This document shows positions 27,801 to 42,800 of a stretch of 64,000 bases of DNA, one piece after another. The DNA lies in the NCBI RefSeq assembly GCF_018977255.1, contig NW_024704742.1, positions 111,168,001-111,232,000 of the forward strand, in the 5' to 3' direction. A model generated the notes under the pieces. That model was not told the DNA's origin, ran no database searches, and worked only from the letters and a program-made list of their open reading frames with translations. The stretch comes from Callorhinchus milii. Lineage: Eukaryota. Made by a program: the position numbers and the translations under genes. Each line of letters opens with the position of its first letter. Position 1 is the stretch's first letter.

Positions 27801-30800
27801 TAAAACTTTCTCTACACAGATGAAAGTAAAATCAATAATACTTGATTTTGCTAAAATTGCAAAATAAAACCCTGAATTACTTTTTTGGACACAAATTGAG
27901 ATTATACAAATTTCTGTAGTGAAACGCATCAACAGGTAGGGCATTGGATTTTTCAGTTTCACTAATCAAATTGGACACAGTTTAGTGTGCAGATGTGTCT
28001 CTGTGAATATACGTGTTTGCGCGTATTTGCATGTGGAGGAATGAAAAAAATTGTGTTTTGTACCTCATTGAAGGAGAGTGTGCCAGTCAGAGGTATGAGG
28101 TCATTCTCTGCAGAGTCATCCACCTGCCAAACAATCTCCACTGACCCATGACCTTCGTCCCGACGCACTGTAAAGGACACCAGACCAGCCGGGTCAGCTG
28201 ATGTCTTTGGTTCTCGAATGGTCACCTAAAATAAATACAATTGTGCTTGATTGGCACTCGTTATATAACAATCAATGCTGACCATTCCCTGTATCACCAG
28301 TGTTCCTCCATAAGTTGGAACACGTAACTTGCAAATACTTCTTTATCTTACAACTTTAGGTCCGTGCACTCTATGGATAATCAGAAGTGTGCTTGGCAGA
28401 AACGTGAGCGTTGAAATGGAAGACATAGGCAAACACAGACAAAAGGTAGATATATACATGCTTCAAAAGCTGAAATAAATATTAAACCTGTACATCAATT
28501 AAACGTAAATGGTTTTATTGGCACAGGTGAGATACAAAGTGACTTTTCGTGCTGCACAAAATGGCAAACCTTTTAAGCACTTGCAAAGGAGATATGACAA
28601 TGTCAGGTGCAATGTGGACTTCTAAAAGAAGGATCTCGTAAAAGATCTAGCTTCATCTCAATATTTGCATTCTCCACTGATGCTCTGACACAAACTTACC
28701 AAGCCTCCCATAAATCTCAATTTCCCATGTCTGAGAATGCTCCTGAACTCCTGGCTGCCTCACTGCAGCTTCCAGAAATATCCTACTGCCAGACACCTCC
28801 TGTGATTGTTCCAATGAATCTCCTGCTTTTGTTTCCAATCTCACAAAATGACCCATGGATCAATAGAATGCCTGTGGTCTGCATGTCATGATTGAGGCAC
28901 AGAGCCTGTACAGTTCAACAAGTACGTGCACAGCAACATAGCTGAGAGCATGCACAGCAGAGCAACTAAGTACATTACAGCAGAAAATCTGAGCATGTGC
29001 ATTGTGACAATACCGAGTACTCAAACAGCAACAAAAGCAAGTACACACAGTGTTAAAATTGAGTACAGGCACAATAGCAAAATAGAATATGTGCAACGTG
29101 TCAACATTAAGTACACCCAGAGACAAAACTGTACACAAGCACAGTGACAAAGCTGAGTAACCCAAATACGTGACTCAATACGACAAATGGTAATTATAGT
29201 GGTCACTGGCTCACAAAAATGAAAATGTGAAGCTCAAAAATGGAAATAAGAAGACTGGAAAAAGAAGTAAACAGAGCAAGAAAACTGAATCACAGAGAGG
29301 TGGAGAAGAACTGGCAGAGGAGAAACGTCAGAGAAAATCTGAAGTAAAGATTGAGGAAGGAAGAAGCAAGGAAATGGTAAGTTAGCAGATTTTTAAAAAT
29401 AAATCTCTCTATACAATGCTCCTTCCTTAAGCAAAAGAAAACCTGGAAGCCTTATCCCAGGGATAATACTAATACTCTTCTCTGATTTCACCCGTGTGGG
29501 AAACAACCTAATTTAACACTTTCCCGCAACATTTCCAGTACTGAGAACAGGTGCTGCAGGAAATCTTGGGTGTGGGATCAGAACACAATTAGAAAAGGAG
29601 ACCCTGGATTGTTACCTGAGGTTGGATTATGCTTTGTCACAATTTACTGTGATAAAGTGTTAATGCTAAAAGACGGGTGCGATCTAGTTTAAGGAATTGA
29701 AACAAGATTTTTCATGGAAAAATGGTTGTTTGAAATAGTGTACTAACTGGCTGAACATTTACAACTGTTTCAACCTTTACCAACCTGTCTCCTCTGCACG
29801 GTGGAAACAGGCCTGCTCCATGTCCCCAACCTGCCCGCTCCACCATCAACGGTCGGGTCTTCAGTCTTTCTGCCTCCACTCTCTGGAACTCCAGCCAAAG
29901 CCCCTCCACCTCACCCCTCCCTTGCCTCCTGCAAGGATTGTCTCAAGACCTTCCTCTTCGAACATCTCTACTGTCAACTTCCCACCTACTTGCTTTCCAT
30001 CCCTCGTGATTCCACCCCCAGCTCGGGTGCAAACCCTTCAATGTCAGGAAGCTTGGGATATCCTCCTGACGTGAAAGTGCTGTATTCCATAGAGTGAGTT
30101 ACCCCCAAAAATTGGTCACTCACTCCGTGGCTGTTTGTGGGACATTACTGTGCACTAACTGGCTGACTCGTTTTGCCCACAAAATACACAGTCACTCCAC
30201 TTTGTAGTATATTCTGTGAAGTGCTTTGAGATGTCTAGACGACATGATAAGGCACTATATCAATAGCAAGCATTACTATTTTATTAATGCAATTTTATTG
30301 TTGTTGTTAATTTAGAATTGCACGTCTGTCTGTTTTCACAAAGGCAGTTTAAAGAGGTAGGTTTTAAGATGGGGCTTAAAGTCAGATAGAGAAGGAGCGA
30401 GATGGAAGGGTAGAGGGCTGGTATTCCAGATGTTAGTGGATGTTGAATCTGAAAGCTCAGCCACTGATGGTGACATGGTGAGGAAGGCAAGCCCGAGTTA
30501 GCTGAGCAGAAGAGACAAGCATCCATCCATTTGAAGTTTGAAAGTGAGAATGAGGAGCCATGGATTTAAACTTACCATATTCTAGGTTGGGAGTAAAGTG
30601 GTTAAGCTACGAGGCCACATTGGAATTAAAGTGATTCAGTACAAATCACCATCTGGTACTCAAAATGTCCTACTTTTAATGATTTATCAAAGAATTGATG
30701 TATTCTTAGTGTATTCATTGGCACAAACTAAAGAACGTTTTGAAAATAATTTCTCTCACACTCAAAATCCTTTACCAAAACCCTTTTAAATCTCCAGCAC

Positions 30801-33800
30801 GTTTTGTAATGCTTATTTGCTCAAAATAACATTATCCTTTTGAGGTCAACCATTCGTGCTGGAAATTTGGATGTGATCCCATATGTACCAAGCACATCAA
30901 CAGTTCTGGATTTCACAATGTATTAGTCAAGTTATGCTTTTACCAGTATTGCAACCTTCTAGTTCAAACATACGTGTTTTGATATGCTTAAACTTTGCAG
31001 AGAACCATCACTTGACAGATTGTGAGCAAATGCAATTGCCATTGAACCAGGCCGGTAAATAAGAATGAGAGAAAGAGTAAGTTACTCACAGATCTTTGTT
31101 CAAACCCAAACACCCCCACAGGCGAGTCGTTGTTTGGAATGTTGACTGTAGTTACAATGTCATCCCCCATTTTGGCACCTCCTGTCACTTTGGTCAGGAT
31201 CACACTGAATGTCTCGAGAAACTCTGTCAGATTGTCATCTATAATAAATATCTCCACAACTCCAGAGTCCTGCAAAAAAGGAAACAGTGCACATATATTA
31301 TCACATACACTGCACAATTTATTTCATAATATCAAATAACACTCTGAAAACTTTGGGCTTAGAGAATTTGTGTTAGGATAAACATTGTAATTGTCTCCTT
31401 GAAGTTGATCTTAAACTTCCAGAAGAAGAAACTTTAGCCATGAAAGAAAGATAATTCAAAGCCATGTAACATTTGTGCAGATTCAACAATACTTCCAACG
31501 TTCAGATTTAAACCCAACGTTTCATTACCATGTCATGTTACAATGATAGAGGACAAAATATGTAACTGGATTTAGAAAGGCTAACAACTTGAGGTGAGAA
31601 ATTCCTATTGCTGTTAAATGTAGCTACAATGACAATGTCAGCCCTTGTCAATTCACTTAATCAAAGTCTTAGCCATTTCACTTCACAACAGGAGGAATTT
31701 CTTGTCCTTCATGTCCAGTCAATGATTGAACTTAAGGAGTTTGACTTTCAAATCAATGCATTCAGTTGGAAAAATTAAATAGCATAGATAATTTCAAAAC
31801 AAAAAGTATCATTATCTTAACTTGAACTCCAGTTATCTCCTCATTTTATTGTTAAATTTGGCTAAAACATAATTGGAATAACATGTCTTCATTTGGAATA
31901 TGGATCTAAAGTCATCCTAAATCAGTCACCATGTTGATTTTTAAACTAATTGATCAGCCTTCAGACAAAGCAGTTTGCAACACAACATGAATGAATCATG
32001 GAAGCCTATATCACTCCAACAGATAAAGAATTATATCACTGAGCAAATCAGTACATAAGAGGTACCTTTCCTTCAGCAAATGTGAGGTTTCCATAGGCTG
32101 GTCTGAAGTCTGAGAGACTGGCACTTCCAGGCTTAGCTTCCCAAGCTACATTTACTGCTCCAAATGTACCAGCGTTGCGGATTACTGGCAATTTCAAAAG
32201 GTTTCTTGGAGGATCAACCTCATACGCAACAACTGCACCATTCATATCCTGTGAAGAACAACATTTGTTAAAGAACCTGCTTTGCATATTAGGAATATTG
32301 TTACACATTCAAATAGAAACCAACCAATTGAGCAGGTACTGAGAAAAGTAAGTCTGTTTTTGATTATCTTGTAATAGAACAAAATAATAAGCTAATACTG
32401 GGTATAAAACTGATTCAATCTTTCTACCTTATTAAGGAAAATTAGATTAGATGAGCTAATATCATGCAATAAATCTTACCTTTGTGACATTGAACTGAAT
32501 AATTCCTCTCGGATCATCATTCTCTTCAATTGCTATTTCTGCTACTTCCATCCCCAACCTCTTCACACTAGGCTGCCCTCCTCCAGCAAGTGTAATACCA
32601 GTCAATTCCACCTCGGTAATATTAACCAGGAAGTTTTCACGTAATTCGGGGATTTTGTCCTTCCAAACAAATTATTTTGTTGTTTTTTAATAGATGCACA
32701 AAGTAAAACAGCAGTGGGATTTACAATAGATTAGTCATTCACTTCATAGCCTTTCATGGAACACTGCTGTGTGCAAATTGGCTGCCGCATTTGGTTACAA
32801 AATACACAGTCAGTATATTTTACAGTAAATCCTATTAAGTGTTTTGAGACATCCTCTGGACTTGACAGTCTATATCAAATACAAGGATTATTATCTTATA
32901 TTTGGTATAGCACCTTTCACTTCTTGATGATGTGTCAAAGCATTTTACAGGATATACTGTAAAGTGTAGTAATAATAATCCTTGCATTTGATGTAGCGCC
33001 TTTTCACATCTTCAAGACGTCTCAAAGAATATAATGTAAAGTGAATTGACTGTATATTTGTGGGCGAAACGCAGCAATCAAGTACGCACAGCAGTAGCGC
33101 AGTGACTATATTTTGGGAGGAATTAATACAGTAGCCAATTTGCACACAGCAATGTTCCACAAACAGCCATGAAGTGAAAGTCCAATTTCATTACACTTCA
33201 ACAATTCAAGTTAATGGAGCAGACTTGCACTTCTTACAGGAGGCTCTGTTTCACTTCAATTACCTGTAACACGTTGGTGAACATTGAAGCAAAATAGTTA
33301 AGGCATAGGCATGTGGGCAGCAAGTTAATCTTAATGGCACTTATAAAAACAGATCCTGAAACTGAAAGAAAGGATAACGAACACTGGACCTTTTTAGTAA
33401 GAGAAAACATATTTTGTTAGATCTTGTGGGGAGTTATTCAAGTCATTCTTATTGAGACCTTCATGATGAGTCTGAAATAGTAATGCCTGATAACAATGTA
33501 ACATTGTAATACTAATAACAATGTAACATTGCTTCCAACAATAAAGCAAGAGTGGGAAGAGTGATATATATATGTTGTGCTTCCAGTTGACTTAGTCCAA
33601 GGCAGTGAACATCTTTGCATTTACCAAACTATATGTTCTGTTAACTGGTGTCGGGTATCAGACCTAGTTGCAAAAACAACTCCTTGTAATGGATCTTTAC
33701 TGGGTTTTTCACACCAACCTTGCATCAGGGTAAGGTTGATACCCAAACTTTTAACCTATCTTTCTCCTTCAATTGCATTTGCAGTTTTTCTGTTTATAAC

Positions 33801-36800
33801 TGATCATGGGTCTGACTCTTTCTGGGGATACGAGAATTTTATTGCAAGAATTAATTTGCAACATTTTTGAAAAAGATAAGGAAAATCAGTTTCTAGACAA
33901 CTTACAGTTAATATTGTGACTGTAATGGATGCTTGTGTGGCATTCTCCTGTATAATGACTGTGGCCTTCTTTGCAGTGTAGTCCTGGTTTTCAGATGCTT
34001 GACTGGCAGGTAACATTGATAGCACTGATTTTGTGCTGTACTGAACAGCAATGTCCCCAAGAAATCCATGTTCCCGGAGGATTATTAAAGTTACATTGAC
34101 TGGATCAACTGTAGTGAGGCAAAAGAAAAGCAAATGACTGTTTATGTTCTCTGACTGTAGGTGTTGAATTATACATTGCAAACTTCTTCAGAATGTTTTT
34201 AATCCTTCACCAACTCTGTTATAAAGGAATATACATCTTTGGTAAAAAAAAAACTCTGATCAGAGTTATTTATATGACTATTTAAATTTAGAACTAACCC
34301 ATAACTAGGGATTATATAAACTATGTGTAAACAGATGTATAACAGATGCTCTGTACAGGTTATGTAATTAACGCAAATCAAAGGGTTACAGATTATGTCA
34401 TTTTCTGCACTGTTTGTCAATTACATTATTACGGATATAATCTGTACCCACATTTCATACAACTCAGGATGATTTTTGTACTGTTGGTATTTCAGCGCTG
34501 TGAGATGCTGCTGTGGGAGAAAGGCTCTATATAAATGCAAGTTGTTGTTATTGATGCACCCCTGTATCTGCTCATATCAACTATAGTAATAAAACATGTA
34601 TATACAAAATCTGGATCCAGCATTTTGCTTATTACAGAATTGGGAGCATTCAGATATAAATAACCAAGTAATTTTTGAAGGGGTGGATTTTTTTTAATTG
34701 ATTGTATGTTTTGGTACTTGTGCAGTGCAGGTACCACGCCTATGGTCACCTCCCCATTCCTCCTCTCATCCCTCTTGCATGATATAAAAACTCTGAGACA
34801 CTACCCTAAATGAACGGCACTATATAAATACAAGTTGTTACTTTGCTTAATTTTCTCCTGGGGCAGGGGGAAGGGAGGTAAGAAGGTAAAATTGGTCACA
34901 AAGGAAGTGATATCAGTAGCGCTTGCTGGACACAGTACATATATATGCATGGCATGCACAAAGTAATGTCAGAGGTGAATCAGACATTTTCACATTTTGT
35001 TTTAGCACAGGGGGAAGTCTATGCTTATGGACCCAGTCCACCGGGTATGATAGGGTTTCCCTGCATTGTTCCATGAACAATAATATTATTTCCATAGTAA
35101 GATAGTATGACAACCCTACTACCTCTCTAACTTTGCTTTCTCTCTCACTATGTCTGATCATCCACACTGTTTAATTTATTCACAATGGGGCTGTAGTAAA
35201 ATAATCATAATCCTTGCATTTGATATAGTGCTTTTCACATCTTCTAGACGTCTCAAAGCGCTTCACAGAATATGCTGTAAAGTGAATTGACCGTATATTT
35301 GTAGGCGAAACGCGGCAGCCAATTGCGCACAGCAGTGTCCCACAAACAGTCGTGGATTGAAAATGACCAACTTATTATGTTTTGTTTTGGAGGGATTATT
35401 ATTCAAGATAAATAACAATGCTTACATTTCATATAGCACCTTTCATGTCGGGCGGACGTCCCAAAGCACTTCACAGGATATATTGTAAAGTGTAGTGACT
35501 GTGGGTTTTGTGGGTGAACACAGAAGCCAAAAAATACATAAATAAGATACATAAAATACCTTAAAAATGTTAAGAATTTGGGTAAAAATTGTCTCAAAAG
35601 GAAAGTTTTTTAAAAATTCTAAGGTTATCAAAACTATAATCCTGGACTATAATTTGACCCCCATTGTAACACAAGTCCCCTTATAGCACAGGGCACCAGA
35701 GGTGAGGTTTACGTTAGGTATCGAAGAGCTGGTTTCCTCACAGTGAACAGGAAGTGACATCAATAGGCGCTATCACAACCCAAAAGCACTGATTGGCAGC
35801 TATTCTTTTAACAAACAATGATATACAACAACAACTTGCATTTATACAGCATCCTTCATGCGGTGCAGCATCCTAGAACATTTTTAACGTAGGGTTTGAT
35901 TTTAACGACCACAATGTAAGAGAGTTGTTGCACTGCATTCACAAAACAAAACTTACTTCCAGGCTCCTGCACGGAGGTGAAGAGGGAGTCCGGGTGCCAG
36001 CCAACCACACCATATGGTGAGTCATTGGGTAGAATGGTCAAGATGGCATTTTTCTTGCCCCAGTCAAGTACACCTCCTCTGTCCTGGTCTTGCAATTCCA
36101 CAGTGGTAACATTCACAAGTGTTATAGTTACAATCTCAGTTGCTTCTGGAATGTTATCAGCCAATACCATCAGTGAAATAGTAGCAAGTGCTTGACCATC
36201 TCCAAAGACCACCTGCAAAATTGAAGCAATGATTACTCATGGGATGTGTGAAGATTTTGATATTCAGAGACCAATGATGAAACACTTCAGCACTAATTTG
36301 CAAGGATTCATTAAGGCTATTTTACTTGTGTATTCTGATCTGATCCACGCCCATTCAGTTGTTCAATAAGAATGAGATCGTGACCAGGACTGGAGTCAAG
36401 GGCACGATATTCACATTCTGGATTCAGAGAGAATTCAGAAATATTGAATGCTGCCAGTGGGACTCTGCTCTGTCATAATCTACTTCTGATCACTGTAGAG
36501 AAGCCTCCCTGTGGCTGTTGTGACACAGGATTCACTGGTAGGATCTAATACTTACAAATTCTGTGCAAATGAAGATTGCAAATACAGTGTTTCATTTTTG
36601 TCTGTTCTGTGAAGCTATTATTTTTACAGCTTGAAAGTTGCTAATATAAACTGGGGCTCTCAAAGCAAAAAGGTTTGGTATTTTTGTTTATTCAAACTAG
36701 TCTGCTGGTCAGAAGTCAGATACCGTCCACTGACTTACATTATATGTGGCCTACTGAGTACCATCAAAGTCGATCAGATAACTAGTCGGTTATGTAAAAT

Positions 36801-39800
36801 AGCTTGTTATGTTGTTTTGTATGCTTTTCATGACAGGAAATTCTTAGATCATTTATTCTGGGTCTGCACTGTGATCACAATTTATTGTGCTGCATCTAAG
36901 AGCTCATTTTTATCTTGTTACAGCATGAGCTTATGGTTTTAGTATAAACAGAAAGCTGACTCTATATCAAGTAGAAAGACAGCTAATTATTTGCCATTTT
37001 ATTTCAGTATTTCACCGATTCAATGTGAAAATCATATCCGAGCTTTGACTATGGTTTGGCTTTGCAGGACAAATGCATCGGCAACCCGAAACTTTAAAAT
37101 TATTATTTACAAAGAAAAAGTGAATCTCCTTACGACTCCTGAAGTTGGGAAGATGTCACTGAAGCTTCCACTGGCTTCCCATTGTACAGTCACAGGGCTG
37201 TGTGTCCCTCGTAGCCGCTCAATGCTCAAGGTGACCATGCTGTCCTGGTCTAACTCTTCAACTTGTTTGGATAAGGAACTCTTTGGGGAAAAAAGAAATA
37301 TGCTCTGAAACGCTACAATTTCAAAAGCGCAAAATTATTCTCAAACATAGGATTCAAAATCATATGGAAAAAGATTGAAATTTGGTAAATTCTTAAAAAC
37401 AGCCTTAATTTTGAAGCCGATTAGATATTTTTCTGCAAGTTCTTTTAAAACTACAGAAATTGGATTCAAAGTTAAGATTGAATTCATCAACTGGCCAAAT
37501 ACTGCACTCTTTGAAATACTATATAAATAGAGTAAATTTAGACCTAGGTCAAATGTTTCCCCAACCATCTTTTGAATGATATCACATTGATACCTACCTC
37601 CAACACACAGCATTCCAAAAATATTGGAGTACCCACCTAAATTATGAGCTCAAGCTCCGTCTGTAGCTCTCTCACAATGTTCTGACCAGACAAGCCAAAC
37701 TGGCAATCCTAGCCACATAACTGATTTCCAATCTCATTTCTTAAGAGCAAAGACTCAGTCGCTTTTAGTTCATAACAAAGCTATCAGGAGAACCTTTACT
37801 GAACTGGATTTTTGCATGGTTCAGGAGGAAAACATTACACCACCAACTTCTTCCTACTTTAAAGGAAAAAAATCCAGCACTTGAGTGATAACACCTCATA
37901 AAATGCCTCCAAATCATGATGAAGATATTTATTCAAAATTCAAATTAAATCATCAACGTATTTAAGAAGAAAGGTGATTCACTCATCAGGGAGAAGGGAA
38001 ACAAGTATAGGAGGCAAATATGAGTTGGAGGCTTGCATGTAGCATACAAACACTGGCACAGGCTAGTTAGACCAAATGGCCTGTTTCAATGGCATATCAT
38101 TCTTTGTATTTTGATATAAAATCAGAACTTACCTGTGAAAAACCAATTATTCCATAAGCATCATCATTTGGCAGGATGTGCACCATCACTTGACCATTGA
38201 AGCCAATCTCAGCTCCTCCTTTTGAATTTTTGAGTCTCACTGTGAAAGACTCTGTTTCCTCTGGGACATCGTCATCCAGGATATTTACTGCTATCACAGC
38301 TTCTTCATCCCCAGGTTCAAATACAAGCTCACCAAACCTGGCATTTTAAGACATTAATGCATTGATTGATGATGATTGTACACACAAATAACAATAATAA
38401 TTATAATCCTTACATTTGGTATAGCACCCTTCACATCTATTCTCAGCCTCCTCCTTTTTCTCATTTACATGCTCCCTCTTGGTGATATCATCCACAGGCA
38501 ACATGTATGCGGATGATACCCAAATCTATTTTACTTCCTCGAATCTCAACCCCAGTCCTACTGATGTTCTGACTGCCTGTTTGTCTGACATGAAGCGTGG
38601 ATGAGTGCCAACTTTCTGCAGCTGAACATGGACAAAACAGAAGCCATCCTCCTTGGCTCCTGTCAATGTCTTCTCACCGTGGAACTAATCAACCTTCCCT
38701 GCCTTATGCCTCAGACTCACCAAATCTGTACGCAACCTTAGTGTCGGGTCCAATCCCCAGCTATCTTCCCTACCTCACAATGGGTCCACTGACCAGGACT
38801 GGCTTCCTCTACCTTTGCCACATCACTCTCTTTGACTCATATCTTAATTCAAACTCTACTGAAATTCTCCTTCGTGCTTTTGTCACCTCTCACCTCGATT
38901 TTCAATGAACTCCTTACCGGTCTCTCCATCTCCACTATTAACAGTCCAAATGACATAAAACTCTGCCGCCCATGTCCTTACCAGTATCAGGCTCTGCACC
39001 GACATCAGCCCATTTTTCCCAAGCTCTACTGGCTCCTTGTTGCAGAACAGATCAATATCAATATCCTCACTCTCACTTTCAAATCTCTTCACCCTCTGGA
39101 ACATTCCTACCTCTCCATACACTACGTCTCTACCCACCACCTTCACTCAACTGGCACAGGTCTGCTTCCCATCCCTTATCCCCTCTGCTCCACAATTGCC
39201 AGCTGTGCTTTCAGCCAGTGGAACTCCCTGCCTCAATCCCGCCGTCTTGACCCCTCTTTTACGGTCTTCAAATCACATCTGAAGATTCTTTGATAATGCC
39301 TTTGGCCAATTTTCCCTCTTCTTTTTGGGTTGGCTTCAAGTCACACCACTATTAAGTGCTTTGAAGTGCATGTGGAAATGGGAAAACGAGTAAGGAATGA
39401 GTGCAGTTGAAAAATTGAGGCGGGAGGTAACAAAAGCTCTAATAAGGATTTCATGTGTGTATCACTGGAGAACATTATAAACAACAACAATTTGCATTTA
39501 TATAGCACCACTCATGCAGGGTAGTGTCCCAGAGCACTTGACTAAATGAGAGAGAAACTTGGTGTCACCAAAGGGTACCAACATCTTTGGGAGCAAGATA
39601 AACTTATGGACCACAATGCAATGTAGGCCTACTAAGTGAGCACCGACATCTATTTTTGTTGCAGATTTACAGGATCTGCAGTATTTTGAGTTTTGTTGTT
39701 TCTTCAGTTTGGGTAAGATTAGCTCTTTAATTTCTCAGTGTTTTTATTTAAAGTAAAAAAATAAAGAAAAAATTCAGGAAAATCCAGAAAGCAATAGAAA

Positions 39801-42800
39801 ATTGGAACTTCTTACATTGGAATGAAATCAGATTGGTTTGACACTGAGGCAAGTTCATAGACCCGGGATCCCAAATCCCCAGTTGAAACAATGAGGGTTT
39901 TGGTTCCATTCAATGAAGGTGCAGAGACGGAAAGCATCTGGCTTGCTCCTGGTGCTTCCAGCACCAATGAAAACTGGCTCTTTGCTGAATTCCACGAATA
40001 CAGAAATGACTGATTTTCACTGGCAAGCAGGAGGTGAACTGAAATAATACAACCAACATTAATACAGTATTCAGAGAAGGTAACGTTTTCAAACAAAGTA
40101 AACATTAATTCAAAGAAAACATTCACCATGGTATGGTTAATAACTAGGGGTCGTTGGTAGGGTTAATACCTAGGGTACACTAAACAGCTATGCTCAGTAT
40201 CTGGAGAAAAGTATGTTCGATTCCTAGGGTAGAGAAGTATTGTACTTCTCTGGTATACAGAAAATGCATGCATGTTTATGCACATCACAATACTTAAGAT
40301 ATTATAAAATGAATTTAAAAAAAGTCAGAACAGATTGGTTGAGAATGGAACTCAGAACAACACGCCACTGTTAAGCAGAGGCCATAAGTTATTTTAAAAG
40401 ACAATTAGATCGATGCTTGAAAATAAGAATATTAGAAGAGTGGAGAGCAAGTGGTGGGATTAGACTAAATAACTCATGCAGATAAAAATGCCAACCTAGA
40501 CTTGATAAACGTTTTTGCTGTAACATTCTATGATTCTATTCATTCAATGTTATACTTGTTGGTTTGAGGAATTCATTTCTAACGTCTTACCAAAGCCAGA
40601 GGCAGGTGTGAAAAGGTCAATGCTCCTCACGGCATGGACAGGAATAGATTGGAGAAATTTAAAAAAGGACTGTCCAGTCTCCCAGATATACACAAGACAG
40701 GGATCAAGGTTGCCTATGAAATTAAAAACACACAAAGCTAATAAATACAATGGTTTAGAGTCAATAAATTGCTCCCAAATACACTAAAATAAAGAGCTAA
40801 AAGCTTTTCACAAACTGTTGCAGTCTTCCATGAAAAATAGATATATTAATAGACCACAGATCAAATACAAATTATTTGTGGCATTGATCACATCCAATAA
40901 AATTAAAGTTTACTTGAATGCCACATGAATGTAAAAGAGAAACAAACTTTTCAAAGATGATTTCTGGAAACATATTTTTATATCCCAGCAGATTCCAGGT
41001 AAAACTACTAGGCTACAGCAATCACATCATATTCCAGTTAGTTTCTTCACTTCTCATGACAAGTACATTTTAATTATCAAGAGTTCTAGTAAGTGACATG
41101 AAAAGGTTATCAGAATATTTCTCAGGTTAATAATATGAATGTGATAAATAAATGAATAACCGAATCACTTACCTTCCATGGCCCTATTAGCAAAAATGAG
41201 GTAGACATCAGCCCCAATGGTCTTACTGCTAATTTGTGCAGGTCCACGGACAGTCAGATTTTCAGGGTTTCTGAATTCGCCATCACTCCACTGATAGAGG
41301 ACTGAGGTTTGGTTGGAACTGAGCTGGGAAACAGCCATGTAGAGCAGACTTCCTCGGTTAAACAGAGTCAAGCTTACAGCCCCATTAGTAGGAAGGCTTT
41401 GATGTAAAATAAATGAATTTCCATTCCATCTATAGACCTGTAGAAATATTAAATGATGAAATATCATTAGGTTAGATTTATAAGGTTTACCTTTTTCACT
41501 CAATATATGTTTTTATTAAACAGATAGGCATATGTGAATAACCTGAAACCAATGTACAGCAAAACAAAAGCAAGGATTGACAGGGACCAATGTCCTCGGG
41601 TATAAGCTAAAGAGGGACTTGACTAAATCATTCCTTGGCTAGATCCAAAGCCTAAGTGGAGTCCTGTAGCTCAGTGGTTAGAGCACTCGCTTTGCAAGCG
41701 AGAGACCTGAGTTCAATTCCAGGCAGGTCAGGGCGAAACCTTGGGCAAGTTTCCTTACTCCACACAGAGCCTAATAATAATCCCTCCAAAACCAAAAACA
41801 ATAATAAATTGATCATTTTCAATCTACGACTGTTTGTGGGACATTGCTGTGCGCAATTGGCTGCCGCGTTCGCCCTCAAATATACAGTCAATTCACTTTA
41901 CAGTATATTCTGTGAAGCGCTTTGGGACGTCGTCCCGACGTGAAAAGCGCTATATCAAATGCAAGGATTATTATTATTATTATTATTAAGTAGAGGAGTC
42001 CAAAACGGCATCTCAGATGATTACCTTCTCCAAATCTTAAGACTTCCATGTCTCTTAGTTTTCAAACCAGTGGTAATTCTAGTTTCAAAGCATGATCTTC
42101 CTGGCAACTAAGAAATTCTGTAAATGATTCTAACCGAACCCAGACCCCAGTATGAATCTTATATCATGGAGGAAAGCTAGTGCAGACCACAAAGGTGGTC
42201 ATGACTAGAGATGAGATGGAGTATTTGTTTTTCATTTATTCACAATATTAAAAAGTGTTTTAAACCTTTTCCGCCTTTGTTAATACACGATAGAAAGTAT
42301 TAAAATAAAAACGTTTCAAGATTGAAATAAAACTAGGATTCAGATAAAGTCAGGCTATATTTGGCAAATATGTAATAATAATCCTTGCATTTGATATAGC
42401 GCTTTTAACGTCGGGAGGACGTCCCAAAGCGCTTCACAGTACACACTGTAAAGTGAATTGACTGTATATTTGTGGGCGAACGAGGCAGCCAATTGCACAC
42501 AGCAATGTCCCACAAACAGTCATGGATTGAAAATGACCAATTTATTATTGTTATTGTTTTGGAAAGATTATTATTAGATGTGTGGAGTAAGGAAACTTGC
42601 CCAAGGTTTCGCCCTGACCTGCCTGGAATTAAACTCAGGTCTCTCGCTTGCAATGCGAGTGCTCTAACCACTGAGCTACAGGACTCCTTGCCGTGAATAA
42701 TAATGCCATGAACACTTTTTTTTGAGGGGGTGGGGCGGGGGAGGGGGGCAGGGAATTAACTAACTCCACAAGCTACTCTGTTCTTTTTAACTGATACCTC

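Noticed and set aside
41658..41730. Possible tRNA-Ala gene
   Set aside because: It is the head of a multi-copy SINE: no proper acceptor-stem closure, and it continues into the SINE body
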